A stretch of 61,263 nucleotides of DNA, the filler included, from Squatina squatina (Eukaryota): NCBI GenBank assembly GCA_031763465.1. It is 3 parts of 3 records of this genome, joined end to end, with 100 filler letters (N's around TTAATTAATTAA, not from the genome) between each part and the next. Parts side by side here need not be neighbours in the genome. Positions count along the whole stretch, not along the records: positions 20,905 to 43,791 come from JARFOE010000233.1; 2 more parts are not named here. One strand, 5' to 3'. The notes beneath the pieces are model-generated. The model ran no database searches. It worked only from the letters and a program-made list of their open reading frames with translations, and was not told the DNA's origin. This document shows, one piece after another, positions 23,452 to 36,820 of this stretch (positions are counted from its first letter, which is position 1; the number at the start of each line of letters is the position of its first letter). The position numbers were made by a program, and so were the translations under genes.

Positions 23452-23811
23452 CTGCTCAACACAATGGCAGTTATCCTTTATTTGGAAGAAGAGTTGGGCT
23501 CAGCTGAAGTTAATTTGTGTGCCTGCAAAAAAGTACCCCTGGTGTATTCGAGAACAAGGAGGCGAGGAAAATTGATTCCATAATGCCAAGACTATACACA
23601 ATATGGCATAAATATATGGCAATATAGTCTGCAAGCCACTAAATAACTTGGTTTCCTTCAGCTTTAAATAAATGTCTTTGGCCATGTTACAATTGTGCCC
23701 TTAACTTCATCTGAATTTGTTTACTGGGGAAGGAGTTATGGGGTGCATGAAGATGCAATTCACAACTGAAGGTTGCCATAGGCCAGAGCGATAAATGTGT
23801 GAGGCCTTTAC

Positions 23812-23847
23812 CTGTAGCTGAGAAGGCTTGAACTTCATTTCTGGAGG
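23812..23847 (-). CDS. Candidate exon 3' end of the same unidentified gene
   Basis: Translates as PPEMKFKPSQLQ, then CAG/gtaaag donor. The 5' part is lost in the gap. Confidence 0.45.
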
Positions 23848-24530
23848 NNNNNNNNNNNNNNNNNNNNNNNNNNNNNNNNNNNNNNNNNNNNNNNNNNNNN
23901 NNNNNNNNNNNNNNNNNNNNNNNNNNNNNNNNNNNNNNNNNNNNNNNCTCTTTTACTCCCTCATCGGCCATTTACCCAATCATTGTGTTGCTTTCTTCCA
24001 TTTATTTATTTTCATTTTCTCCTCCTTCCCCTTTAAGTCCTTTTACTCCCTTACTATCTGTCTACTATAACTATGGAAAGGAAAAATAAAAATGTGGTGC
24101 TGTACTGGAAGATTAATGCTTCCTTAATGTCCTAGTTCCCTCCGTAATCTACTGTGGAGCAAGAAATGGAAAATCTAACTGTTGCTTCACTGTGAAGATT
24201 TGCATTCCCAGCAAAGGTCCATAACCACAAATCTGGCACTGGTGCAGGTTTGACTTTTGTATAATTGATCACAGTATTTGGTATATTGTGTGCTACAGCT
24301 AACACTGAATAAGATTCTAATCAAAATCAGATGACTATTTTAACATTCTTCCACTACTTGGGATTAACTTGTTCCATAGTGATGCAGCTTTTATAGCAGG
24401 TAGCCCAAAACCTAAATGCTTCCTTAAATTAGATGGCCTCATCCTATGAACTATTTATTTTTCACTCACCATAGCAAGACAGTGTGGGCTCGTCCAAAAG
24501 TAGTATTCATTACACATCTTTCTTGCTCAC

Positions 24531-24589
24531 CTTCAGATTTTACAACTGTCTTTTTGCATGCCAGTGAATAATTGTCTTCATGATGTACC
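24531..24589 (-). CDS. Candidate 59-nt exon of an unidentified gene
   Basis: Acceptor tcttttgattcag and donor AAG/gtgagc. Only one frame is open: VHHEDNYSLACKKTVVKSE. Confidence 0.45.
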
Positions 24590-27500
24590 CTGAATCAAAA
24601 GATCAATTATCATCTTTCATGTTGTGTTTTCCAGTCTTTCCACAGCTTGTCACCTTTTCTTTCAACCTTTTAAAAATGTGCCACTCAATCATATTGAACC
24701 AATGAAGCACATTGTCGGTCAGCAAAGGTTCTCAATATGTGAGTTGAATGAGGCCTTCACACAGTGGCAGATGATGGAATCATTGCACAGAATTTAAATC
24801 GATGGAAATTTTCAGAATTTTCTCATAACTTCATCAAGGTCTCAGATGTGGAGGTATACGAATTGCAAAGAAATTCAAAATTTGTTCCTCCTCCACACCA
24901 AAAAAATAGTTTGTGGTATCAGTCATGAAAGTACATAATCGCATGACTCTGTTGACCTTGGCTGTGATCCACTTGCATTTAGCTCACTAAAGTCCCATAA
25001 TCCTTTGCAGTCTGCTGAATTAATGTGTTACATGTCTGTGTATATTATGTCTTACTGATGTTGCCAGACTCCAGGTTTTAGCCAAATGCATAAGCAGCTA
25101 AGTCTCAAAATTTAAAGATGATTTGGTTCTTTTCAAATGACTAAATCTATCTTTAGAATCTAAGAGTTTATCGGTCAGCTGATTACAGCCTGTGATGGAT
25201 GTCGAGGTTTCCTTACACTTGATGAAAGACAGACTAATAGCACAGTAAAGGAGACAGCATATATTTGATTCTATTTTTAGTTTTGTTTGCAGCACAAAAA
25301 TAGATTGTACAGGAGAGAAAAATCTCCAGCTGTGTTCCAGCTGTTAAGGATTCCTCTTAGGAATTTAGAGTTGGCAAATACTAAATATTTTCTTTAGCTC
25401 ATTTTCCCACAACAATGTATGGTGTTGTTTGAAGAAGCAAACAATTTTCCAATGGGGCACTGGAGACTCTGGTGGCCTCTGTAGAGANNNNNNNNNNNNN
25501 NNNNNNNNNNNNNNNNNNNNNNNNNNNNNNNNNNNNNNNNNNNNNNNNNNNNNNNNNNNNNNNNNNNNNNNNNNNNNNNNNNNNNNNTTCATTCTTCTTG
25601 TTGTAGGGTAGCTTTCACAAACACAGTAGTCTCTGCCTTTCAATTAGATGCGCATAGAGCGTTAAAAAAAATGCTTTAACAGAGTTTCAACTTTCAGTTC
25701 CCAGAATGGAATAACATGTACCAGATATCGTTATATAACTTCTTTTCTTTTCTGTTTGTTCTTGCTGAAATCAATTGGTGTCCCAGAGTGCAATGCTGGC
25801 AAGTGAACAGTGCTGCAGATTACACTGTGCTTTAAGCAATGTCTGTTCAGCATTCTGTAGACTCCCACTGAGTTCATCTGAAATCCTAGAATGCCAAATG
25901 GCCTCTCTAATCTGCATTCTATTCCAGAAAAAATGTACGGCATTTCGTCATCACAGCTGAACGTTCGACTGACTCGGCACGTAGGCCTAGGATTCAAGGT
26001 CCATAAACACTGTGACAGGGCTCCCAGCTGCAGCTGCATCAACAGAAAGGGTTTTTTTGCCCCCCTCTCTCTCCCTCTCACACATTTACCATTGTTTTGT
26101 ACAAATGAAAAAGATCTGAAACCCTGGAAGGTGGGAGAGGGGCTACAATGTAAGGCAGAATCAGTTAATGTCTTACTAAGATATCTCTGTTTAAAGGTTG
26201 TAAAACCTCAGTTCAGTTAATTAGTTTTTATATGACAAGCCAACACAATTCCTTTCCCCCGCACATTTGCAAATAAATTATTTTTATAGGAGTCGGGTAT
26301 AATTACTCAGCACAGATTTGTTTGCCTATTAAAGCTGAAATAGCTCATTGTTCAGACAAGTCTTTCTTAATAGTACATTGTTTGTTTTGTGATTAGTATT
26401 TCCTACCATTTTACAAATAATGTCTGTTTTTTTAACTGACTCAGAGGGGTAGATTTACAAATTTGCGCTCCCAGTGCAGGGTCAGAACGTTGTACTATTA
26501 AGCTTTACTCCAAAACTTCAGCACATCATCCAGGCTGGCAATGCAGTACTGAGGGAGTGTTGCATTGCCAGAGGTCCTTCAAAAAAGATGTTGAACCTAG
26601 GCCCATGGTATTATTTGAAGACAAGCAGGAAGTTTTCCATGTGTCCTGGCCAACATTTTTTCCTGAGCTAACATTACCAAAAAAAAAATAGATTAACTAC
26701 TCATTCATATGATCATAGAATTTACATTGCAAAAGGAGCCCAACAGATTGTCATTTGTGACACATTCCAGTGTTCAAAATGGCTACCAAGCTTATCTACA
26801 CAATAATAGTTAATGTACTTTAAAATAATTCATTATGTTAAGCACATTTGAATNNNNNNNNNNNNNNNNNNNNNNNNNNNNNNNNNNNNNNNNNNNNNNN
26901 NNNNNNNNNNNNNNNNNNNNNNNNNNNNNNNNNNNNNNNNNNNNNNNNNNNNNTCTAAATTGGGCCCGGTTAATTATTCAGAAGTTTTCATGAATTTTCT
27001 TAAAAAAACAAGAGCCTTCATTGATCTCACAGTTTGAACAAACAATTGTTATGCAGAACAATCTCAACCCAACAAAGAACAAACACGATTCCAGAGAAGA
27101 TGCAAAACAATGGAATGGGAGTCAGTTTGTACATTAACCTTATAGATGGCTAAACTTGTATCGCAAGTAGAAAATACCGGCAGCTTGCTTGTATCCTGGC
27201 TAAAACCTGGCTCATCTTGAGGATGATAAACTCCAGTCCCAACTTGTATTCATTTGTTTGTTTGAAATCCCAGGATCAGCAATCAGGACTGGGAAAGACG
27301 CCAATCCCTGGTCAACCATACCAAGAGCCCAGACCTGATGAATATGTAATATAAGTAGGTCATTTCCATCTGCAAGAGGCAACAAGTCATTTTCCATGTA
27401 ATTGACTGAATGGTGGGGATTCATGCTTGACAGATTCACTATTGTGTCTGAAACTGCACCTGACCTGGAGATGGGGCGACACAGGCAGGTTCAACAGGAT

Positions 27501-29134
27501 TACTGTGTACAAGCACAACTAGACTATTTTAATATACGAGTAAAAATGGCGTTAAAATACTATTGGAGGAATTATGGGTCACTGCAAATACAATTAAAAT
27601 ATTTTGTTTTTAAATATGGCATAATGTGCTTTAATAAGGGGCAAAAGTTCACCAGCATGAGTGAACTGAGTATTAAGAGGATGTGGTTAGATGTATGGCA
27701 GCATGCCCAGAACACTTCAAACAATTGGAAGCAAAGACTAAAATTGCTAATAGAGCAATATTCTGCAGATTAAAATTGTATCTATCTATTCACGTCTTCT
27801 CGTACCATTGCTGTCTGACAAATATCAACAGCACGGTATATAGATCAAAAGCATATTTTATGTTGATNNNNNNNNNNNNNNNNNNNNNNNNNNNNNNNNN
27901 NNNNNNNNNNNNNNNNNNNNNNNNNNNNNNNNNNNNNNNNNNNNNNNNNNNNNNNNNNNNNNNNNNNGTGGCACGTGACTGAGAATAATGGATTTTAAAT
28001 AACATCTGCTGTTGAATAACACTAAAATAAACACAGTTTAGGGTATAAGTAATAGACAACAAGGTAAAACAAGATTTACCTCTATCCCTCGGTTGATGGC
28101 TAGTTTTGCTAATCTCACTGCAATAGGCCCCTTAAAAATATAATGGTCAGAAATCATTAGCACAGGTTTACTTAACTCAAGAAACTTAGAACACACATGT
28201 ATATGTCTAGCATATAGTTAGACATTAACTAATAAAGAAATGTATAATATTATGTATAAAAAACTGTAGGCTTTATCATTCCATGTACTGTTACTAATGC
28301 AATTCGTGTAATAGAAAGAGAACAGCTGTTTCCAGTTGGATCATGTGTCGAGCCACATTTGATCAGTAAGGGGCAAGTGTATTGCACTTTTACAAATGAG
28401 TAGTGAGTTCCTCCTTTTTAAAATATATTTCCTAACAAGCTAATTAAACTCCTTTCCCAAAACCCACGTGCAATTTCCCAGCACTATTCAATGCCAGGAA
28501 GTGATAGGATGGAGATTTATTCCTGTGAATTTCCCACACAGTGAGCCCTTGCTCTTCATCCTGCCGTTAAATGATGAAACCAGAAAATTCCCAAAAGCAA
28601 AGGGGAAATTCAGAGAGCGAGTTGCCAAGAAGCATGTCAATAACACCAACCTGCATTTATGTAGGACCTTTAAATGTAGGAAAACATCTCAAGGTGCTTC
28701 GCAGGAATGTAATCAGAGAAAGATTGGCACAGGGTAAACGAGGAGCTATTAGGACAGGTGACGAAAGGTTTGGACAGCCTGGCCACTGGGCACAAGGGAC
28801 CATCAGCTGCAGGAGGCGCAGCTGGGGACCCTTGGGGATGGTCCCCGGCAATCGGGTGGTCAGAGAGACTTGCGGTTGGGGCAGGCAGAAGGGGCCCACG
28901 ATCAGGAGGGGTGAGTGGTGAGGCCGAAGGTTACCTTGAGGGGCTGGGGGAAGCACTCCTGCTTCTCCTGGCCCACCAAGAGTGCTGAAAGAGGCACTTA
29001 CCTTGTGGGGCTGGCAGGTCCCACTTCCCTTTCATTGCTGAGTTTCCCGACCCCTGGGAAAACCTTTCAGCAACAGTAAATTTTAAAACGGGCTCCCAAT
29101 TGCACTGTGGAAGCTTGATTTAAATGTTAATTAA

Positions 29135-29587
29135 GACTCATGACTAAGATCAGAACATGTCAGGGGACAGGAGTAGAATGGATAGCAAGCTGGCTACAAA
29201 GCAGAAAAAGAGGGAGTAGGGGTTAAAAGTATATACTCAAACTGGCAGAATGCGTGAAGTTATGTTCCGCAGGGATCGGTGCTGAGACCACTGTTGTTCG
29301 CCATTTACATAAACGATTTGAACTTGGAAATTGGATGCACGATTTCAAAATGTACAGATGTCCGCAAATTGAGCGGTATAGTTAATAATGAGGAGGACTG
29401 TGGCAAAATATAAATAGATGCTAATACACTTGCAGAATGGCCGTGTAAATGGAAAATTAATTTCAATAGCGGTAAGCGTGAGGTCGTGTGTCTGGGTAGG
29501 AAGGAAAAGGAGGCAACACACTCCTTGGAAAATAAGCGTCTAAATGGGGTAGAGGTGCAAAGGGATCTAGGAATACAGATTCATAAA
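29135..29587 (+). mobile_element. CR1 reverse transcriptase fragment
   Basis: VPQGSVLRPLLFAIYINDL motif, followed by LNGVEVQRDLGIQIH. Confidence 0.88.
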
Positions 29588-30359
29588 NNNNNNNNNNNNN
29601 NNNNNNNNNNNNNNNNNNNNNNNNNNNNNNNNNNNNNNNNNNNNNNNNNNNNNNNNNNNNNNNNNNNNNNNNNNNNNNNNNNNNNNNCTGAATAATACTC
29701 CGTTATCACTTCTCAACCAAATGCAAAGTATTGAGGAAATTAAGAGAATACGGGGTAGATTTTTTCCATTACTGCCTGAAGGTTAAACATCATTTGGGTG
29801 GAGCAGGGAGGACCATATGCCAGTCAGATTTTACTACAACATGACACTGAAGTCTTGATTGCCAATGTTATTCAAAAAATAATGTCAGTCTAAGAAAATG
29901 TTCTAGATTTGGAAAGCATGGCAATGCTTCACCAAATGGGCTATTTGAGGTCAACCAGTTGAAAGGCCTGGGAAGGAGTTTTATGATTTGACAAGAGCAC
30001 CAAAGTAAATAAGATTGTCAAGAACATAAATAGAATATGCTTTGAAGTGTTAACTTTTTAAAGCAATGAATGAAAGAAAGCAAATGCTCATGCAGTCACA
30101 CTGATGAATGTATTGTCAGGTGGCTCACGAGGATGTCCTAATTAAATCACAGTACTCATGTTTAAAGGCCAAAATGCATTGAACAGGGACAGAAGTGAGA
30201 CAGGTGGTGGGCCCTTCCAGTAATAGACATTGAAAATGTATGAGTAGCCCATCCACCAATTTATCAAGAGCAAAATTCTGGAAGGCGCTGATCCGAGAGA
30301 TTGGAAGGCTGCATTACATCTGATCTGTAGTATATTTATTATATTACATAGTTTCTAAC

Positions 30360-32449
30360 AGCCTGGAGTTTCTGCTCAATTGCACTGGCCATTTCGGTGC
30401 AATTCCCTCAATATCGGCAGAACCGGTGCAAAAGATTGTGGAATTTTAATTGCAAATTGCATTCAACGCAACTCGAGTTTCCTCGATCTTTTGTGCTAAT
30501 TTAAAAAAACATGGCGCTAGAAGCCGGCCCTGACCACAAAACTGGTCACACCCCCAAGATGAATTAATCACCATTGTGAGTTTCTGCTAATTGCGCCCAT
30601 TCGCAGGGCTTCGAGGAGGCTCGAAAAATTAAGCTGGTTCTCTTNNNNNNNNNNNNNNNNNNNNNNNNNNNNNNNNNNNNNNNNNNNNNNNNNNNNNNNN
30701 NNNNNNNNNNNNNNNNNNNNNNNNNNNNNNNNNNNNNNNNNNNNCCTTTCATAAATCCATGCTGACTTTGTCCGATGATTTCGCCACTTTCCAAATGTGC
30801 TGCTATCACATCTTTAATAACAGTTGATGAATGGGGAATTAGGGTTTAGGTTATGGTATTGCACTTGATTCATGTACAGCCCGGACAGAAAGGGGCTGTC
30901 TAATTTGTAGCCTCCCTTCCCCTTCCACCTCCTCATGCTTCTGCTCCTTAGCTGCTCGCCTAATAGCTGGTGGTAAGGTCTGTCCCCTCATGATGGCAAG
31001 GTTGTACAGCAACTGCAAATCTTGAGACCTGCTCAGCCGAGTACTCCAAGACTGCTCCAGAGCGGTCCAGGCAATGGAATCATTGCTTCAGGATGCCAAT
31101 GGACTGCTCCATCAGATTTCTCGTGGCAGCATGGTTCTCATTGTATGCATGCTGTACATTTGTGTGGGGGGCTGCGAAACAGAGTCATGAGCTATGTCAT
31201 CAGCGGATAGCCCTTATCACCCAGAAGCCACCCTTTGGTTTGCTGTGGTGGTTGAAATGCACCTGGCACAGAGGATTGCCACAGAATATGAATCATGGCT
31301 GCTGGATGGATACCAGGCATTGACCTGCATGACATGCTGCCTGTGGTCACACACCAGCTGCACATTGAGGGAATGAAACCACTTTCAGTTCAGGTACATG
31401 GCAGAGTTGATATGAGGCACACACAAAGCAAAGCAACGTGTGTGCAGTCAATGGCACCCTGCACCATTCAGAAGCCTGCTATCCTTACAACTACTCGTGC
31501 TCATTCTGCCTGCTTGTCTCTGGCAAGAGGAAATGAGATGAAGTTGTCTCTCTGTGTTTAGAGAGCCTCAGTGATCTCCCGTATACATTAGTGCACTGCA
31601 AACTGTGAAATGTTGCTTATACCTCCAGCCGCAGCCTGAAAGGAGCCAGAAGCATAAAAGTTAAGAGCCATGGTCACCTCGACAGCTGCAGACAGCATTG
31701 TCCCTGCCTGGTTTTGAGTCTGCAGTTGTGGCTGCGATAGTTGGTAGATTTCAGTCACAACTGCTTTTGTGAAGCAAAGCCATCTGATGTATTGGTACTT
31801 GCTGAAGTTGAGGTAAGAGAGTTGCTCCCTGAAGGCCCTTGGCAAATGTGGCCAAGTGCCCTTCTCCCCTCCTCCTCCTCCCTCTTCTCGCAGCTTGTTC
31901 TGCTCTGTGTGCCCTCTCTTTATTCTCCCAGTCATGCTCAATTCCAACAGGAAGGCCTACCAGGTCACCCATGTCTAGGTGAAATTTGTTTCAGCACAAT
32001 CTTTTAAAATCAACAAAAAACTACTTCAGCACCAGCCAGACCAATCCCTGTAGACTATTCAAACTTTACACAAGTATAGAATAGCTCCAAAACATGTGCA
32101 ATTGCACCAGCAGCCAGAAGAAATAATCCAGCAACTAACCTCTAAGTAGTTCATGAACCCTTTAAATATCGTTGGTGGGTTTCCTTCATGCTGTTTAAAA
32201 CGTGTTCAGTTGTGCAAGGTTAAGACAGGGCATAGGCCGGAGAGTGGCATTCAAAAATGTTGCACACTGATTAAGATCATAATCTGCCTGCTCTGCACAC
32301 TACTGCCAGTTGTTAGGTGCGCGCAGGCAAACACTTCAAATATGGCAACTGGTGCACTTCCCGTCAGAAGTGTGCGCACACATCACGGACGCCATTTTCG
32401 AACTCATTGCGGCCAAAAAATGGGTGCTACAGAACCCAATTTCTCCCCC
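30360..32449 (-). mobile_element. Degenerate Harbinger (HARBI1-type DDE) transposon with a nested CR1 fragment at about 30745-30820
   Basis: Minus-strand motifs ALNFYASGSFQ...[24 protein letters not shown] and [10 protein letters not shown], with stops and frameshifts. Terminus aatttctcccc near 32449. Confidence 0.9.
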
Positions 32450-32829
32450 TTTATCTTAGATATGGATGGGTCTTATTCCACAAGTATACAAATAGAGTTG
32501 AGCCTCACAGCTGGCTAAGGTTTACTTAAAATTATTCCCAATCCTGCTGTCATGCAGAAACTGACTCAACCTGACCCAACTCTCAGGCAAAAACCAACTT
32601 AATCTGACGCTATTTAGTGGAGGTAAAATCTCTGAAATAATTGCAGAAACAGTTATAAATTGTGATAGAGAAAACACAGAGGGGTGAGGCAGATGGAACG
32701 AATAGCCTCACTTATATATATACCGATCTTTCCGTGTGCAACATTTAATTTTTAAAATATGTAGATAAAGAAGGACATATTAAACTTTTTAATATGAAAA
32801 TCAAATGCATTTGTGTAGCAATTGATTAC

Positions 32830-33048
32830 TTTTTCCATCAGGCTTTCCTGAGCACTCGCCAGAACGCTCACAAACCCATCCAATGAGCTGAGGAAGTCTT
32901 GTCGTAAAGCGCTTGCCTGAGGACTGCTCAGCTCTCCCCAACCATCATTCATCTTCTTCAAAGCAGGAACAAACACTTCTGACAGGAGGTGTTCTACAGC
33001 TTTCAGCAGCCCAACATCAGATGTATCGAGGACATTAAAATTTACATC
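32830..33048 (-). CDS. DNAH5: Axonemal outer-arm dynein heavy chain (DNAH5 or DNAH5-like), N-terminal exon
   Basis: 219-nt phase-0 exon (tag...gtaatc). Translates as DVNFNVLDTSDVGLLKAVEHLLSEVFVPALKKMNDGWGELSSPQASALRQDFLSSLDGFVSVLASAQESLMEK, versus DNAH5 EVSFNMLD...IFIPAL...GWGEL...[25 protein letters not shown]. Confidence 0.85.
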
Positions 33049-33259
33049 CTAGGAAATTTTTAACAAAAAGATTTGCCTTAGTCATCAGTATTTAATTGGC
33101 GTCTGTAGTTAGTGCATTCCTTTAACATATGAAACATCATTATCATATGCATTATTCCAGGAATCACACAATCTTATGAGGCTGTAGTGTTCAAAAAAGT
33201 GTCCTAAGATGGTAAATGACATCTGAAAAGACTATTAGGAGCACAAAGATTGTAGCTCT

Positions 33260-33490
33260 TGAAAGCAGGGACTTGAGCACACTTCAATGGTTCAGTGAAT
33301 AAACACACCCTGTGATGTGATGCTGACATATACAGAGCAGAAAATCAGTTTTCGTGATATTGGTTGAGGGATAAATATTGGCCAGGTTACCAGAAGAAAT
33401 TTCCTGTTCTTCTTCAAATAATACCAGGAATCTTCTGCATCCACTTGACACAGCAGGCAGACCTCGATTTAACATCGCATCCAAAAGATG
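33260..33490 (-). mobile_element. Deu-domain SINE fragment
   Basis: gagggataaatattggccagg core. Confidence 0.75.
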
Positions 33491-34027
33491 AGGAGTGAAA
33501 TTCATTATCGCCCCCTTTTGGGGGTGGTAACGTTCAGGAGGCGCAAGACTTAGCGCCAGGCACGCAAGTCATGCCCCTCTGTCTCTCTTTCGCTCTCTCT
33601 TTCTCTCGGGATACTTCCCCCGGAAGGAAGTGAAAGAAGAGGAGGAGGGTCCAAGCACTGCATCACTGCATCTCTCACCCGCAGGCACCACCTCAGAGAC
33701 TGGCACTACGCGGTTGTTAGAGGTTAGCTTGGTAGAGGGGTCTGTACTGGGCGATGCACTGGGACCTAGCTAGCTGCAGCAAAGCCAAGGGGTAAGTGTA
33801 GCTCGGGAGCCAGCTCACTTAAGAGAGAGTTCGCACGCGAGCTCTGCTGCACAGGACTCTCCTCCCCATCCTACTCCTGCTCCTCCTCATCCTCCTCCTG
33901 AGGTGGTGGAGGTATGCCTGGTGGCAATGGCTGCGCCCTCATGATGGCCATGTTGTGCAGCATGCAGCAGATGATGACAAAAAGGGACACCTGCTCAGTC
34001 GAGTACTAGAGTACTCCTTCTGAGCGG
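33491..34027 (-). mobile_element. Harbinger fragment (terminus and transposase C-terminus)
   Basis: Minus-strand ICCMLHNMAI motif near 33945-33975 and terminus ggagtgaaatt. Confidence 0.75.
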
Positions 34028-34539
34028 NNNNNNNNNNNNNNNNNNNNNNNNNNNNNNNNNNNNNNNNNNNNNNNNNNNNNNNNNNNNNNNNNNNNNNNNN
34101 NNNNNNNNNNNNNNNNNNNNNNNNNNNATTTCACGGTACGTACTACCCACGTGTAACAACCTATCCAGAGCGATCACAAGATTTATTTGTGCCCATAGAC
34201 GAAGAAAAGTCTCACTGGTGTCCATATTCTTCCATACTATTAAAGTATGCTTTGAGTGAAACCCTTAGCTCTTCACTTCAAATTGCTCCCACTGTTACCA
34301 TCATCAGGGACGGACCAGTTGTTTTATCTATTACTATACAGCTCAAAATACTGTCCATGCACATCCTAAGTTTGGACGGACAACATCTATAATTGTATTG
34401 TTTGTGTATAGTTGAAGTGATTATAGATTGGAAATTTCTCGTGTCAACTAACTTCATGGATATCCCAATGATAACTGTCAACTATTCTTTGCTATCAACA
34501 GAAAATAGAAACCACAAAAAAATCCTTTTAGTAAGAAAT

Positions 34540-34815
34540 ACCGGCATTTATATAGCGTCTTTCATGGCCAATACAGCCAATGAAGTAATTTTTGAAGAGT
34601 GGTCACTCTAAGAAACACAGCAGCTAATTTGCAGACAGTAAGCTCCCACAAACAGCAATGTGATAATGAACAGATAATCTGTTTTAGATGTTAATTGAGG
34701 GATAAATATTGGCTAGGACAGAGGATACTCTTCTTCAAAATAGTGCCATGTGATCTTTTACATCTACCCGAGAGCACAGACAGGGCCTCGGTTTAACGTC
34801 TCATCTGAAAGACTA
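34540..34815 (-). mobile_element. Deu-domain SINE
   Basis: Aligns by eye with 5372-5680 (cccacaaacagcaatgtgataatga...gagggataaatattggc...cagggcctcggtttaa). Confidence 0.8.
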
Positions 34816-36697
34816 CTGCTCTTGTATTTAAGTTCAAGTAATGCAACGGTTCTCAGTGTAAATCGACTGCAAGTAAATTCTTAACATGTAGTTGGCCGTG
34901 AAAGTTCAGCAGTGCGTGTATGCAAAGTACGAGTATGACAACAAGAGGAGGCATCCTGACCTGCAAACTGCCATGGCTTAAATCATGATGTCACTGTTGG
35001 GAATCACACTGTTGTCCAAGCTGATTATTAACTGGGGCTAGATAGACCAGCAACAGCAGAGAGGACTCGGTTAAAAAATATCCTGGTCACCAGTCTTACC
35101 TGGCAGGGTTACCTTACATCGGGGCTGGATACACATTATATAAGGAGCCAATGGTACAAAAGCAATATAAAAGTAGCAAACATCTGTTCATAATCTGGAA
35201 CAAGATCACTGAAAAAATATTCAAACTGTGTGTGCATTCCTAAATGGATGTAATTATAAGTAGGATTTAATAAGCGGATCGCCCAAACCTCATAATTAAA
35301 TGTACTCGTTTTTCTTTGAGGTAGCGAAAGAATTCCATAAAGGGAACTTTGTTGCTATGGTTTTATATTGCTCTTAGCATTCCTAATCCTACAAAATTTT
35401 ACCATTAACATACACATATTTCAGAAACAGTTAATCAAGTTGCATTAAGCTTGCCATTAGTTTTTTTCATTTTATTTTTCCTGTAACTAAAAGCACAGGT
35501 CAGTCGATTACATTCTTTCTGTGGTTACAGTGGTTGAAGGAAAATGAAAAGCATCCGTACTGCATGCCTGTGTTACTGAAGTAACTTCATTGAACAGACA
35601 TTTACAATGACTAAAAGAAATGCTAGAGACTAATTTTTCTATGACTGAGTTATACATGCTACAGAAAAGCTTTTCTTCGTGGCCCATGCTTTTATCAAAT
35701 TGGGTCATGCACTGCAGCATATGAGATAAAGCCATTCTTTACAAATGCCCTCAGCTCCTCAATTTGATAAATTGAAAAAAATTCTAATTCAGAAACAACT
35801 GATGCATTCCTTACTGAACAGTCATCAAAGGAGAAAGCCACATAATTCATCAATGCTTACTCAACAACTGTTGCAACATACATTATTAACTTTTACTTTG
35901 CAGGAGTACAATTGCAATCTTCAGCACCCATGAGTTGGTTGTATTGTAAGCCTTTTATAACAAATATATACACACCATTTGCCCAACACAACTCCAATAA
36001 TCCAGCAATCTCGGGGCCTTTGTGGTGCTGGACTGCTAGGTTTTCTGGACTATTGGATGTTATTCCTAATACTATTAAACACAGTTTTATTTTACTTTTT
36101 AATATGTTACATAGTAGTATAATAAGTTTTCCATTGAACTTGGTGAGTTTAAAGGTAGTGGGAAATATACAAGCACNNNNNNNNNNNNNNNNNNNNNNNN
36201 NNNNNNNNNNNNNNNNNNNNNNNNNNNNNNNNNNNNNNNNNNNNNNNNNNNNNNNNNNNNNNNNNNNNNNNNNNNNATCTTAGCTACGTGGTTGTGGAGA
36301 GGCCAGGAGCCTCCTCACAGGGAGGAGGAAGCTTTGATGCAGTCATCCAAAGTTGTCTCTTGGCAACTGGCTACATTGATGAAAGCTTAGAATCAGGTGA
36401 CCAGCCTGGTGTCTCAGCACAGATAACGAGTGGCCCAGCAGGTCAGGGCTTTGTGGCGGAAAAAAAAGACAAAAATATTTGAAACACTGATGTTACTCAT
36501 GGTAAATCAGATGATACTCCATTTTATAATAACAGAGGCATTATAGCAGATTGCTAAGGTGGACAATAGTAAATTCTTCATTGTTTGAATGAGTTGTTTT
36601 TTTAAAACATAACACAGGACTAAGGCTTCTGTTGCTTGTTCAATTGCTTCTGGGGTGTCATATTCTCTGCATTGCACAGGAAATGTCCTAAACTTAC

Positions 36698-36820
36698 CTG
36701 TTGAGATGCAATTGGCTGTTCCCCTCCAGAAAAGGGAGCAGCTTTCTTGATTCTCAGTTCATTTTGATCTACAGCTACAGAACCTAACTCGGTGATATAC
36801 ATTTCCTCTTCGTTCAGCAT
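36698..36820 (-). CDS. Candidate first coding exon, possibly of the DNAH5-like gene
   Basis: ATG-initiated MLNEEEMYITELGSVAVDQNELRIKKAAPFSGGEQPIASQQ ending at a perfect CAG/GTAAGT donor in phase 0. An upstream acceptor lies near 36935, with an in-frame stop before the ATG. Confidence 0.45.

Noticed and set aside
24630-24930. Plus-strand stop-poor stretch
   Set aside because: It needs a frameshift to extend and matches no family I recognise.
27180-27340. Possible minus-strand exon
   Set aside because: Every frame from the candidate acceptors hits a stop.
34128-34510. Stop-poor, compositionally distinct segment (possible viral or retroelement relic)
   Set aside because: I found no recognisable motif in the frames I translated; it cannot be supported without a search.
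36277-36482. Plus-strand open frame (VVERPGASSQGGGSFDAVIQSCLL...) with a possible donor at 36441
   Set aside because: No recognisable homology, weak donor, and the 5' end is lost in a gap.
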